32,000 nt of DNA from Bdellovibrionales bacterium (GTDB lineage: Bacteria; Bdellovibrionota; Bdellovibrionia; Bdellovibrionales; UBA1609): NCBI GenBank assembly GCA_965247685.1, contig OZ252021.1, positions 150,001 through 182,000 on the forward strand. The letters are read 5' to 3'. The position numbers and the translations under genes were made by a program. Under the pieces are notes generated by a model. The model saw only the letters and a program-made list of their open reading frames with translations. It was not told the DNA's origin and searched no databases. Below, one piece after another: positions 17,201 through 26,534 of this stretch. Each line of letters begins with the position of its first letter. Position 1 is the stretch's first letter.

Positions 17201-17748
17201 TTGAGTTTGTTTTCAGCTAACCTTTTTTTATTTTTAAATTTAGAAACCCCTGCAACTTGCTCGATGAGCGATCGCACCTGATCGGGTTTATAAGATATCA
17301 CTTGAGTCACATCTTCTTGTTTAAGAATACTAAAACCTAAAGCTCCTGTATCCATCAAAAGCTCTCGAATATCTCTTTGTAAACAAACTTGATTGTTAAT
17401 ATAGTACTGAGACTCTCCTCCCCGCTTCACCCTACGCTTAACTATGAGCTCATCTACAAATTGAAATTTTTCAGGCCACTCACCATCATCTTTATCGAAA
17501 ATAAGGCTCACTTCCGCAAAAAGAGAGGCAGAAGAACTTTGGGTTCCAGCAAAAATGATATCATCCATCTGCTGTCCTCTAAGCTGGCTAGCCATACTAT
17601 CACCTGTCGCCCACAAAATAGCATCTACGACATTGGATTTACCACAGCCGTTCGGACCTACAATACCTGTAATTCCTTGATCAAAGGAAATTTTAGTGTG
17701 TTTTTTGAAAGACTTAAAACCGGTCATTTGTAATTGAGTCAGTTTCAT
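14272..17748 (-). CDS. smc: chromosome partition protein SMC
   Basis: 1158 aa with N-terminal Walker A GPNGCGKSN and very long E/K/Q-rich coiled coils around a central hinge. C-terminal LSGGEKSL signature and Walker B ILDEVDASLD. Confidence 0.93.
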   Translation of the reverse strand: MKLTQLQMTGFKSFKKHTKISFDQGITGIVGPNGCGKSNVVDAILWATGDSMASQLRGQQMDDIIFAGTQSSSASLFAEVSLIFDKDDGEWPEKFQFVDELIVKRRVKRGGESQYYINNQVCLQRDIRELLMDTGALGFSILKQEDVTQVISYKPDQVRSLIEQVAGVSKFKNKKRLAENKLKTTCQNMQRLEDIVQEQTKQLKRLEKQAQQAQNYKSLKQQITEIELSALKSKYEEIQRKIQEDVVSIQKYVQQEKECRGQLESLQERYHKNQTASETLYSQLSQERNNLRKTLEELTKYEVQFKKLEALIASDAERSNHWKLNVSEFEDSQKSKLEEIETLKQQVEKYNNQIVSRTKEVETKQVQLEKLQLQYDLLEKNQEDLQTQFDKALREEARLEEVMKNYEQNEQQYKQMTQDLEVQLKVKESRIQSLKMQCKKLNTQIERDKIIHLNLEEELRFVKENISNLKITDKKEEYKSLQLALMEKESQYRSLCLLKEKTEYRMKGYQWVKKEKSFKHLLEVLDVELGYERAVSAVLDSVLYSFIVQDVHSASDILKTLKKKNLGRALFLLTREVKKQSIPQNVGICLKDKVRFRNGLDLDFLFECVCVMDSVDQMIKVSKVHPEITFVTLEGDILKYGRLLCGGVNPKESDILIQDKEIQKLEAEIQQLKVRFQDLEKEVSDKTSELKKLEKYLDQLDKKYNEEGKNIYAHSKEYEVLKQELSFIEQEHQNLYQKLQGQKESEKVYSSSKELQQKYEQVKDKKNKLQNQYDEVRAQRNQCLDKKNQMKSALDATQVALVHLQKDLKSVHYREQLLKQSINEMSQKSLKFSEQSGQSQSVIKKNQKELEKWKEKWFQKKEQYQAQVQQQEFNEKGYQDRISSYKTMEQQISSLNQNLENILDQKHTLEINKESNLVEKKNIEEKTLENHQVSIEEVQDSMKEDFQKLEQLKSKLAKIGQVNLLALSEYNELNEEYQTLYQQLGDLKQSKQELEQVITEMDRISSQKFGKTFKEVNHRFDQVFKSIFGGGCAAFRMVDDGVEIEACLPEKKLKSLKLLSGGEKSLVALSVVVSLFLIRPAPFCILDEVDASLDDSNIVRYNALILEIARRSQIILITHNKYSMKNCDRLYGVTMEEKGITNLLSVEMRNYQDAQPVS

Positions 17749-20432
17749 AGAGAAATTCCCAAAGAAGATTGTTGGTATGCCGATGAATTCTTTTTAATTG
17801 TATTTTGTGCCACTGCAAGCCGTGCAATAGGTATACGATAAGGCGAACAGCTGACAGCTGTCACATAAGGATTTAAAAAAGAAATACTTTGAGGATCAGC
17901 TCCATGTTCTCCACATAGACTGATAGGTATATCCGGTTTCACAGCAGTTGCTTTCTTTGAAGCTAAAGCGATCAAAGCTCCTACTCCTTTTTCATCTAAC
18001 TGTACAAAAGGATCGACAGAGATAAGACCCTTTTCAATATATATAGGTAAAAAACGACCGCAGTCGTCCCTAGAAACACCTAGTACCGTTTGTGTCAGAT
18101 CGTTAGAACCAAAACTAAAAAAATCTGCTTCCTTAGCCAGATCATCTGCACACAGAGCTGCCTGAGGAAGTTCAATCATTGTCCCAATGGGAATTTTTAG
18201 CTCGACTCCTTCTTGTTGTTCTACTTCTTGCACAGCACTTTGAATTAAATCGCGAACATAAACAAACTCTTTCACATGAGCCACTAATGGCACCATAATT
18301 TCTGGATAACATTTCTTATTTTGTCTCATCATTTGCAAAGCAGCTTGAGCGATAGCCCGAGCTTGTGTTTGATAGAGTTCTGGAAATGTAACAGCCAAGC
18401 GGCATCCTCGATGGCCTAACATAGGATTCACTTCTCTCAAATTATTCACTTGTTGTGTAAGAATTTTAGCATCTTCTGACCATTTTTGAGCAAGCTGTTC
18501 AATTTCTTCTTTTTTTTGAGGAAGAAATTCATGCAGTGGAGGATCTAAAAGTCGCACGCACACAGAATGATTTTCCATAGTTTGAAATATACTAAAAAAA
18601 TCTTGAGTTTGTTTTTCTAGTAAAACTTTTAAAATGGCAGAACGTCTTACTTCATCATCTTGAAATAAAATCATCTTTCGTACAATATCCAAACGATCTT
18701 CTTGAAAAAACATATGTTCTGTTCGGCAGAGCCCAATCCCTTTTGCACCAAAATTTTTCGCTGTTTGTGCATCTTCTACAGTGTCAGCGTTAGCTTTCAC
18801 CTTAATTTTTGAAAACTTCTCCACTATTTGCATAAACTGTTCAAAATAACTATCACACTTTGGTTTTATCAAAGGGATCTCCTTTTGGTACACTTCTCCA
18901 GTAGAGCCATCTATAGTGATAATATCCCCTTCTTTTAAAATAACTTTTCCAACATGACATTCCTTTTTATCTGGAAAAACTTGAATAGCTCCACAACCCA
19001 CAATACAGCATTTACCCATGCCTCGAGCAACTACTGCAGCATGAGAAGTCATTCCACCTCTAGTCGTCAATATCCCCTCAGAAGCGATCATTCCTTGAAT
19101 GTCATCTGGCGAAGTTTCTTCTCGAACGAGTATTACTTTTTCATAACTCTTTTTTTGACAGGCATCTTCTGAAGAAAACACAATAGCACCAGAAGCTCCT
19201 CCAGGACTAGCAGGCAACCCCTTGCACAGTGAATCTTTTTTTTGTTTTGGATCAAGCTTGGAATGGAGAAGTTGTTCTAAGTCTTTAGGTTGTACACTCA
19301 TCAAGGCTTCTTCCTCGGTCACTAATCCTTCTTTCACAAAATCTACAGCCACTCTTATAGCTGCTTGAGCAGAACGCTTTGCATTTCTAGTTTGTAAAAT
19401 CCAGAGCCTTCCTCCCTCAATAGTAAATTCTATATCCTGCATATTTTGGTAATGAGTCTCTAATTTTTTAGATATCTTTAAAAGTTCATTAAAAACAGAA
19501 GGCATTGAGGTTTCTAAGCTTTCAGATGACTGACATACCGGAAAAGGCGTTCGAATACCTGCCACCACATCTTCTCCTTGTGCTTGAGGCAGGAACTCTC
19601 CAAACAAATGATTCTCCCCTGTCACAGGATTTCGCGTAAATACCACTCCTGTCGCAGAATTTTTTCCACGATTACCAAACACCATAGTTTGAACATTTAC
19701 GGCAGTCCCTAACTGATGAGAATAAGAATGTAACTCTCGATAAGCTACAGCTCTAGGATTATTCCAACTTTTAAAAACAGCTCCAATAGCACCAAACAGT
19801 TGCTGTTTAGGATTTTCAGGAAATTCCAGGCCTGTCATTTGAATCACTTGCTCTTTAAATTTTTTGGTTAAAAATTTTAGATCTTCAATTTTTAAATCAG
19901 AATCTTTTTTATATTTTTTTGTTTTTTTATAATCTTCCATAATAAACACAAACATGGAAGCATCAGTTCCCAACACAACATCTCCATACATTTGAATAAG
20001 CCTACGATAACAATCCCATGCTAAGTACGGATCTTTTTGTGCCATAAAATGGGCAATTTCTTCATTCATACCAAGATTTAAAATGGAGTCCATCATACCC
20101 GGCATACTCACCTGAGAACCTGAGCGTACACTCAAAAGTAACGGTTTTTCTTTCGAACCAAAAATGAGCCCCGTTTGTTGCTCTAAATAATCTAAACCTT
20201 GATTCACTTGATTGGTAAAAAATTCAGGAAGCCGATTTTCTTTTCCATTAAAACACAAACTCATATCTGCGGTGATAGTGAAACCAGGAGGAACAGGAAG
20301 CCCCATAGAAGTCATCTCCGCAAGATGCGCTCCTTTACCCCCTAATAAATGAATTAGATCCTTTGAACCTTCTGTTTTTTCAGCAGAAAAATGGTAAATA
20401 AATTTATCTTTTTCTGTCACCTGCAACCCCAT
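17745..20432 (-). CDS. ppdK: pyruvate, phosphate dikinase
   Basis: 895 aa with GGKGAHLAEM (ATP-grasp region), the phospho-His motif GGMTSHAAVVARGMG, and the PEP-utilising TIM-barrel motifs GLCRTEHMF and FFSFGSNDLTQ. Confidence 0.93.
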   Translation of the reverse strand: MGLQVTEKDKFIYHFSAEKTEGSKDLIHLLGGKGAHLAEMTSMGLPVPPGFTITADMSLCFNGKENRLPEFFTNQVNQGLDYLEQQTGLIFGSKEKPLLLSVRSGSQVSMPGMMDSILNLGMNEEIAHFMAQKDPYLAWDCYRRLIQMYGDVVLGTDASMFVFIMEDYKKTKKYKKDSDLKIEDLKFLTKKFKEQVIQMTGLEFPENPKQQLFGAIGAVFKSWNNPRAVAYRELHSYSHQLGTAVNVQTMVFGNRGKNSATGVVFTRNPVTGENHLFGEFLPQAQGEDVVAGIRTPFPVCQSSESLETSMPSVFNELLKISKKLETHYQNMQDIEFTIEGGRLWILQTRNAKRSAQAAIRVAVDFVKEGLVTEEEALMSVQPKDLEQLLHSKLDPKQKKDSLCKGLPASPGGASGAIVFSSEDACQKKSYEKVILVREETSPDDIQGMIASEGILTTRGGMTSHAAVVARGMGKCCIVGCGAIQVFPDKKECHVGKVILKEGDIITIDGSTGEVYQKEIPLIKPKCDSYFEQFMQIVEKFSKIKVKANADTVEDAQTAKNFGAKGIGLCRTEHMFFQEDRLDIVRKMILFQDDEVRRSAILKVLLEKQTQDFFSIFQTMENHSVCVRLLDPPLHEFLPQKKEEIEQLAQKWSEDAKILTQQVNNLREVNPMLGHRGCRLAVTFPELYQTQARAIAQAALQMMRQNKKCYPEIMVPLVAHVKEFVYVRDLIQSAVQEVEQQEGVELKIPIGTMIELPQAALCADDLAKEADFFSFGSNDLTQTVLGVSRDDCGRFLPIYIEKGLISVDPFVQLDEKGVGALIALASKKATAVKPDIPISLCGEHGADPQSISFLNPYVTAVSCSPYRIPIARLAVAQNTIKKNSSAYQQSSLGISL

Positions 20433-20486
20433 AACTCTTTTATACTATGTTGAAGTTTCAACCCTGTCATGCATAGGATTTGTATA

Positions 20487-21788
20487 TCAAGAGACACTGA
20501 ACTTTTCACCCATATATTGTGCTAAGTCATTGGTAGGGATTCTTTCCTGCGTCATAGTATCTCTATCCCGAATAGTGATTTTTTGGTCTTCCAAGCTCTC
20601 AAAATCAACTGTCACAGAAAATGGAGTTCCAATCTCATCTTGCCTTCTATAACGTTTCCCTATACTTCCAGCCTCGTCATAATCGACAATATAATGAGCT
20701 GAAAGATCGTCTCTTACTTTCTGAGCCAGCTTTGTCAGTCTAGGCTTCTTGGATAAAGGTAAAATAGCTGCATTCACAGGGGCTAATTTTCGAGGCAAAG
20801 CCAATACAACTCGAGTCTCATCTTTAACCTTCTCTTCCTTATAGGAGGCACAAAGCAAAGCAAGACACAAGCGATCGAGTCCTACAGAGGTTTCAATCAC
20901 AGCAGGAATAAATTTTTTACCTTCTTCTGAGTACTCCAAACTTTTTTTCGAGTGTTTCTGATGTTGTGATAAATCGTAGCATCCTCGATCATGAATTCCC
21001 TCCAGCTCTTTCCAACCAATAGGAAATTTAAATTCAATATCCAAGGCCTTGTGAGCATAATGAGCTAACTCGTCTTTCTGATGCTCATGAAATCGAATTT
21101 TTTCTTCCAACTTTAATTGTTTGTAAAAATTCAAACGTTGCTCTTTCCAGTACTCAAACCATTGATCGCCTTCATCTGGAGAAATAAAATACTGCATTTC
21201 CATTTGTTCAAATTCTCTCGTTCTAAAAGTAAAAGGTCCAGGTGTAATTTCATTTCTAAAAGCTTTTCCGATTTGTGCGATTCCAAATGGTATCTTTTTT
21301 CGGGTAGATTGTTGAACATTCAAAAAATTCACATAAATACCTTGTGCTGTCTCCGGACGTAAATAAACAGGTTGCCCTTGATCCTCGAGTGAACCCATAT
21401 AAGTCTTAAACATAAGATTAAAAGGACGAGGTGAAGTCAACTGATCCGATCCACATTTAGGACAAACTCCCTTTTCATTTTTTTCTGGTCGAAAACGATA
21501 TTTACATTTCAAACAATCCACAAGAGGATCTGTAAAAGCATCGACATGACCAGACGCTTGGAGCACCTCATGATGAGATAAAAGAGCAGAATCGAGCCCT
21601 ACAACATCCGATCGAGAAACCATAGTTTTCCACCAGTGATCTGCAACATTTTTTTTTAGCTGCGAACCTAAAGGGCCATAATCCCAACACGCATTCAACC
21701 CACCGTAAATTTCTGCGCTTTGAAAGATATACCCCCTTCTTTTACAAAGAGATGAGAGAGTTTCAAAATTTTTTAATTCAGAAAACAT
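20487..21788 (-). CDS. glyQS: glycine--tRNA ligase (single-chain alpha2 type)
   Basis: The ORF is open to 21848, but homologous N-termini begin like [30 protein letters not shown], so ATG at 21788 is preferred. It has class II motifs and an anticodon-binding C-terminus. The preferred start leaves only 36 nt to the divergent mrp start. Confidence 0.88.
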   Translation of the reverse strand: MFSELKNFETLSSLCKRRGYIFQSAEIYGGLNACWDYGPLGSQLKKNVADHWWKTMVSRSDVVGLDSALLSHHEVLQASGHVDAFTDPLVDCLKCKYRFRPEKNEKGVCPKCGSDQLTSPRPFNLMFKTYMGSLEDQGQPVYLRPETAQGIYVNFLNVQQSTRKKIPFGIAQIGKAFRNEITPGPFTFRTREFEQMEMQYFISPDEGDQWFEYWKEQRLNFYKQLKLEEKIRFHEHQKDELAHYAHKALDIEFKFPIGWKELEGIHDRGCYDLSQHQKHSKKSLEYSEEGKKFIPAVIETSVGLDRLCLALLCASYKEEKVKDETRVVLALPRKLAPVNAAILPLSKKPRLTKLAQKVRDDLSAHYIVDYDEAGSIGKRYRRQDEIGTPFSVTVDFESLEDQKITIRDRDTMTQERIPTNDLAQYMGEKFSVS

Positions 21789-21824
21789 AATCTTTGTGTT
21801 ACATGATATGATAAGAGAGTCGGT

Positions 21825-22619
21825 ATGAGCAATCCATTTGATCAACAAAAATACTTAACTGGAATTAAGCATATTATTGCTGTAGGTTCTGGAAAAGGAG
21901 GTGTAGGAAAAAGTACTATAGCTCTCAACTTAGCTGTTGCTTTACGAAAACTGAACTTCAGCGTAGGATTAATGGATGCTGATCTTTATGGCCCATCTAT
22001 TCCCTTAATGACAGGTACAAAAAAACAACGCATGGTTGTACATGAGAATAAACTTGTCCCTATCACCAAGCATGGACTCAAAATATCTTCCATCGGATAT
22101 CTTATAGACGAAAATGCTCCTGTTATTTGGAGAGGGCCTATGTTATTTAAGGCCATCGAGCAGTTTCTCAATGATGTCAACTGGGGTAATCTCGAATATT
22201 TAGTAGTTGATTTGCCGCCAGGAACAGGAGATGTTGTACTCACTCTAGCTCAAAAAACTCCAATATCTGGAGGCATAGTCGTCTGTACTCCTCAAAATGT
22301 AGCCATGATCGATATGATTAAAGCTATAGCCATGTTCAAAGAAATACAGATCCCCCTGCTGGGCGTGGTGGAAAATATGGCTTATTTTAAAATCAACGAT
22401 CAAGAAGACATCATTCAACTATTCCCTAAAGGACAATTAGATACTTATCTTCAAGAAAATTCGATTGAAAAATTAGTCCAAATTCCTTTTCATCCTGATA
22501 TTGGTCTTTGCACAGAATCAGGTATTCCTGCAGTTCAAGAAGACCTTAAAGAAGGAAAACTCTTTGTAGATCTAGCTCAAAAAATTCACAATCACCTCAA
22601 CTCTTCCTCAAAAAAATAA
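21825..22619 (+). CDS. mrp: Mrp/ApbC/NBP35-family Fe-S cluster carrier ATPase
   Basis: 264 aa with the deviant Walker [20 protein letters not shown] and VENM motifs. Confidence 0.88.
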   Translation: MSNPFDQQKYLTGIKHIIAVGSGKGGVGKSTIALNLAVALRKLNFSVGLMDADLYGPSIPLMTGTKKQRMVVHENKLVPITKHGLKISSIGYLIDENAPVIWRGPMLFKAIEQFLNDVNWGNLEYLVVDLPPGTGDVVLTLAQKTPISGGIVVCTPQNVAMIDMIKAIAMFKEIQIPLLGVVENMAYFKINDQEDIIQLFPKGQLDTYLQENSIEKLVQIPFHPDIGLCTESGIPAVQEDLKEGKLFVDLAQKIHNHLNSSSKK

Positions 22620-22675
22620 CAAGAGATTGTCTTTTATTTTTAAAAATAGGTGAACATTTGCAGATAAAAAAACAT

Positions 22676-22749
22676 GGCCGCGTAGCTCAGCTGGATAGAG
22701 CAACAGTTTCCTAAACTGTCGGTCGGTGGTTCAAGTCCACTCGCGGTCA
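22676..22749 (+). tRNA. tRNA-Arg (anticodon CCU)
   Basis: Hand-folded cloverleaf: acceptor ggccgcg/cgcggtc (one G-U), D arm gctc-agctggata-gagc, anticodon arm acagt-ttCCTaa-actgt, T arm ggtgg-ttcaagt-ccact, discriminator a. CCA is not encoded. Confidence 0.88.
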
Positions 22750-22883
22750 TATCTAGCTCTTACATAGGTCAGTTGGTTCAAAACGAAAAAAGCTATTCCA
22801 TAGTTTTTTTCTTAGGGAAAGCCGGATAAATTCTCATTCTTGATTTTACAGAGCTACTCGATAAACTTCGGCGGGAGTTCTTC

Positions 22884-22917
22884 GGTTCAAGTCCACTTGG
22901 GCGGTCATATCTAACTC
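22884..22917 (+). repeat. degenerate direct repeat of the tRNA-Arg 3' end (T-loop, acceptor and 3' flank); att-like scar or tRNA fragment
   Basis: ggttcaagtccacttgggcggtcatatctaactc versus ggttcaagtccactcgcggtcatatctagctc at 22728-22759. It does not fold into a complete tRNA. Confidence 0.7.
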
Positions 22918-22929
22918 ACAGTCGTATTA

Positions 22930-23520
22930 TCAGTACTTAGAACAGTTTTCAGAAAGAATTGAAAATTTTCTTAAAACATTAATATTTTTTGCAGACTCCA
23001 ATCCTTTGAACACTTGATTATCCAAGAGAGATAAAGTCTCTTTTCCATAATAATAATTGATCTTATTTTGAATCTGACAAAATGTGCTAACATCATTCAA
23101 TGACAACCATGCCAAAGGATTAGATAACTCATCTTGAGGTCCTTCACCCCAAGAAATAGCCACAAACAATTTGTAAGTCTCGAACATAGCTTCCTGAACT
23201 TCTCTTAGTTGGGTGAGCCTTGTATGACACTTGGAATCTACACTACGAAAAGATTTAATCAACTTATAAATATTAGAAAACAAAGAATAACAACCTCCAG
23301 GGGTGTTATTATTCTTACAATCCTCTATAGAAATTTTGAATTGAGATAAGGATTTTTTACCAGAACCTTTTTTAAATAAAAAAGCTTGATTATCGTCTTT
23401 ATAAACTTTTAATTGTAAATCACAAATAGATTGAGGAGGTTTATATAAAACCACTAAAAACACACCTGAAACAAGCAAAATCGCCACTAATAAAAACTTA
23501 GGAATGGAATATAAATTCAT
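22930..23520 (-). CDS. hypothetical membrane-anchored or exported protein
   Basis: 196 aa with the N-terminal hydrophobic segment FLLVAILLVSGVFLVVL and six Cys spread through the soluble part. No recognised domain. Confidence 0.5.
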   Translation of the reverse strand: MNLYSIPKFLLVAILLVSGVFLVVLYKPPQSICDLQLKVYKDDNQAFLFKKGSGKKSLSQFKISIEDCKNNNTPGGCYSLFSNIYKLIKSFRSVDSKCHTRLTQLREVQEAMFETYKLFVAISWGEGPQDELSNPLAWLSLNDVSTFCQIQNKINYYYGKETLSLLDNQVFKGLESAKNINVLRKFSILSENCSKY

Positions 23521-23541
23521 AATGGATAATTATAACAGACT

Positions 23542-24117
23542 TCAGTGAATCTTTCGTCCACAATTTCTATAATTCTCTTTAAATGGATGGTAAACTTTGA
23601 TGTTAGATTTTTGAATCCAAACACTGTCATCTTTGGGACAGAAATAAAAACCATACTGTGTTTTTTGTTGTTTTAAATTATAAGCATGAGAAATGTAAAT
23701 AAGCTCTCTGTTCAAATTTTTAAGCTGAAATAAATTGTTTTTCATATCCTCTTTATTGAAAGCAATAATATTTAAATACTCTTTCATTTGCTGTATTTGT
23801 CGATGAAGATAAGATTTCTCATGGTAGGCAAGCTCTCTTTCATTAAAAACCTGAACACGGTTGAGTTCTTCAATCAGTTGATTAATTTTCTGTTTAAATT
23901 GATCTTTATTGTTACTTTTAACAGTCTCATGAACCTGTCCCATCATGAGCATCATTTGTTCTAAAGATTGCGTGATATTAGAGCTCAACTGACTTTTTAA
24001 GCTGACACGAGATACAGGAAGCGAAAATGCTCTCACACTTATAAAAAAACAACAAAAAAATAAAAAAAAGCTGGAACCGTAAAGCCCCAGCTTTTTATTT
24101 AAAATATAAGATAACAT
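23542..24117 (-). CDS. hypothetical exported helical protein with a C-terminal Cys motif reminiscent of DUF3347-type metal-associated proteins
   Basis: 191 aa with a hydrophobic N-terminus and a helical, Q/K/E-rich body. The C-terminus FYFCPKDDSVWIQKSNIKVYHPFKENYRNCGRKIH resembles the CPM....W......I.NPY.....CG motif as I recall it from DUF3347 proteins. The family call is tentative. Confidence 0.4.
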   Translation of the reverse strand: MLSYILNKKLGLYGSSFFLFFCCFFISVRAFSLPVSRVSLKSQLSSNITQSLEQMMLMMGQVHETVKSNNKDQFKQKINQLIEELNRVQVFNERELAYHEKSYLHRQIQQMKEYLNIIAFNKEDMKNNLFQLKNLNRELIYISHAYNLKQQKTQYGFYFCPKDDSVWIQKSNIKVYHPFKENYRNCGRKIH

Positions 24118-24127
24118 TCTTACTTAA

Positions 24128-25246
24128 TTAAAATTTCATAGACAGGTTTGCGTAAGCTTGCCCTTTATAAGAGTCACCTTGCTTCAACACACCCGCTACA
24201 ATTTTACTAGATACAGAAGAGTTGATTTTATTCTTCAAAGATAAATCTACTTCAATATCTCCGTCTTCTACAGTTTTATTTCCTTTGTGGAAATAATGTC
24301 CTGATATACCTAAAGCTGAATTAGAATCCATCATGTAGTAAGCACCAGCTTTACCATATATGAGACCGTTACCAAATTGAGCAACATCAAGCTTACCAGC
24401 ATTTCTGTGAACATCATAATATAGAGGAGCATAATCTGCACCATCCGCATGACCACCCACATACAATTTAAGCATAGCAGAGTTATCAAGTTCCATTTTG
24501 TACTTGATGTAGCCATCAACAAGATAGCTCTTTCCAATATCATCTGGATTTACAGAATCCACAGAAGCAGTCACACTGTAACTTAGACCGTCCATCATAT
24601 CACCACCGACTGTAGCCCCCGCATAAATAGGTGCATCGTCGCTACTCTCACCTTCTTCCATGACATAGTCGTTGATATCGGTAACAATCACATGAAGGTT
24701 TGCATCTTTGAACGCATCAGATAAAGAACGAATATCTATAGACGCAATCAAAAGATTACCAAAATCAACAATTGAAGTACTAGCAAATCCCTTTACAACA
24801 CCAAGATCCACTCCAATACTTTCTGAACTATAAGTCAGAATAGCACCTGATAACATCGTTGGTAGCATTTGGAAATCGTTAGAACCGATCACTAATCCAT
24901 TTGCAACCTCATATTGAGTTGTTCCCAATCTGACCATGAACTCATCAGAGATCATCCAGTCCCCATAAGCAAAAAATGAGGGAGTTGAGAGACCGATATC
25001 TAAACCTGACTGATTCAGATACATTGATGCGTTGGCTTCGAAAGACTCACTAGCTCTGAAAGAACTAGAAATTTTAGTTCTGAATTCAGGGTGCAGTGTT
25101 TGAGTCAACTGGTCCATAACACCATCGCCTGACAGATCGTCAGATCCAGTTGTTAGTCTAAAACGAACTTCTCCACTAAAATCTGCATCTACAGCCATTG
25201 TCTCAAATACAGACAACACCATTAATGCTATAATTAATAATTTCAT
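24128..25246 (-). CDS. porin-like outer membrane beta-barrel protein
   Basis: 372 aa with the signal peptide MKLLIIALMVLSVFETMAVDA. It has alternating amphipathic strands rich in G/S/Y/D and a terminal ..YANLSMKF (C-terminal Phe typical of OMPs). Confidence 0.6.
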   Translation of the reverse strand: MKLLIIALMVLSVFETMAVDADFSGEVRFRLTTGSDDLSGDGVMDQLTQTLHPEFRTKISSSFRASESFEANASMYLNQSGLDIGLSTPSFFAYGDWMISDEFMVRLGTTQYEVANGLVIGSNDFQMLPTMLSGAILTYSSESIGVDLGVVKGFASTSIVDFGNLLIASIDIRSLSDAFKDANLHVIVTDINDYVMEEGESSDDAPIYAGATVGGDMMDGLSYSVTASVDSVNPDDIGKSYLVDGYIKYKMELDNSAMLKLYVGGHADGADYAPLYYDVHRNAGKLDVAQFGNGLIYGKAGAYYMMDSNSALGISGHYFHKGNKTVEDGDIEVDLSLKNKINSSVSSKIVAGVLKQGDSYKGQAYANLSMKF

Positions 25247-25538
25247 ACTTCATTCTCCTTTTAATTTGTTTTCTTATTAAAAAAATCAAAAATTTTATGC
25301 TCAAGAGACCCATTGACCTGTACCTCGAACATTTTCAGGTAACCTACCTGTTGGTAAAAGAATAGTCAAAAAAATAAGATGATTCAATATATACAACGCA
25401 ATGAGTCTTCTTAAAATGCATGAATTTTATTCACCTAATATGCAAAAAAGCGCTAAAAAAGCACTTTTTTAGTGTTTTTATACTAAAAAATAAGGTTAAA
25501 TAATGGTCTAGTTTTTCTCAAAAAATTGGTTTTCAACA

Positions 25539-25615
25539 CGGGGAGTGGCGCAGCCTGGTAGCGCATCTGCTTTGGGAGCAGAGGGTCGCAGGTTCAAATC
25601 CTGTCTCCCCGACCA
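25539..25615 (+). tRNA. tRNA-Pro (anticodon UGG), CCA encoded
   Basis: Cloverleaf: cggggag/ctccccg acceptor, gcgc-agcctggta-gcgc D arm, tctgc-ttTGGga-gcaga anticodon arm, gcagg-ttcaaat-cctgt T arm, discriminator a, then cca. Confidence 0.9.
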
Positions 25616-25845
25616 TTTAACTTACACAATAATAAAGAATAAATATATAAATAAAAACTTACAGTCCCTACTATAAATAGATCAAACGCAAGTGCCACTA
25701 CCAACATGTGTTTAAAATGAGAACCATATACAACACACTCAACATATGTCAGAAATAAACTCTTAACAAGAATTCTGTATTGAATTAGTTTGACGACACC
25801 AGAAAAACTTAAATCAAAATACTTAAACCCTTTATAAGTGTGGAT

Positions 25846-26349
25846 TTATTTATAAGAAAATAATCGATGAAAAAAGTATTTAGGTGTTTTGCTTAATCTT
25901 TTTCTAGGCTTATCTCCATATATTTCATAAGCAATTCGAGTTACACTCCACGTTCCAATAGCGTATTTTAAACGTTTTCCATAGAGCATTCTAATTGGAA
26001 AATAGATCATGGAAATTTTACTGCCAGCAAGAGCATAGATAAATGATGTGAAGTGACTCGTTCTGTCAACACCTCTTATAATATCAAGTAATTGTTTAAC
26101 AGTGACTTTTCTCAATACTGCAGGGGCTATTCTTCTAACTTTAGTTAAAACACGATAAATATCATCAAGGCTTATTGAACTAAAATCTTTTTGATGTTCT
26201 TTTGCAACTTGCTTAAAACAATTAATACAATGCCTTTTAAATTCTGTATCGGTTTTTATACTCAAAGCCTTCTTAACATATTTGTTAAAGACACGGTGTT
26301 TTTTATTAAAAGAACTATTTAATACTTTGCCCTTTATCCAATTCAGCAT
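25846..26349 (-). CDS. hypothetical protein (orphan ORF inside the tRNA-Pro-associated insert)
   Basis: 167-aa basic ORF with no recognised motifs. It is the only sizeable ORF between the 15-bp direct repeats. Confidence 0.4.
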   Translation of the reverse strand: MLNWIKGKVLNSSFNKKHRVFNKYVKKALSIKTDTEFKRHCINCFKQVAKEHQKDFSSISLDDIYRVLTKVRRIAPAVLRKVTVKQLLDIIRGVDRTSHFTSFIYALAGSKISMIYFPIRMLYGKRLKYAIGTWSVTRIAYEIYGDKPRKRLSKTPKYFFHRLFSYK

Positions 26350-26519
26350 ACCAACCTCTAATTAACAATCGTAAAGAAAATGTAAAACCTAAAGAGATTA
26401 TTTTTAATAATTATAACTCTCTCATTTTGAGACACTATAATACTACATTTATTTTAATTATCCGTTTTTTCGCAAAAAAGACTTTATTCTCTTCCTTTTG
26501 TCCAATATCACGCCACCTA

Positions 26520-26534
26520 TCTCCCCGACCATTT
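26520..26534 (+). repeat. exact 15-bp direct repeat of the tRNA-Pro 3' end (tctccccgaccattt); putative attR-like site
   Basis: Identical to 25604-25618, which covers the acceptor 3' strand, CCA and 3 flanking nt. It is GC-rich in an AT-rich context and is immediately followed by the inverted repeat atttcaat/attgaaat (26531-26554). Confidence 0.65.

Noticed and set aside
21789-21848. Longer glyQS start at 21848, overlapping mrp
   Set aside because: The added 20 residues ([20 protein letters not shown]) have no counterpart in the GlyQS N-termini that I recall. The internal Met gives the canonical ...[16 protein letters not shown] spacing.
14387-22243. Nested ORFs inside smc, ppdK, glyQS and mrp: 14387-14686(+), 17389-17733(+), 18954-19172(+), 21117-21362(+), 21131-21319(-, alternative frame of glyQS), 21986-22243(-)
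   Set aside because: They lie inside strongly supported conserved CDSs, on the opposite strand or in an alternative frame. Their composition is consistent with chance open frames.
25453-25472. AT-only hairpin ctaaaaaag-ca-cttttttag upstream of tRNA-Pro
   Set aside because: The stem is purely A/T with a 2-nt loop, in AT-rich intergenic DNA. It is likely to arise by chance and has no clear terminator or operator context.
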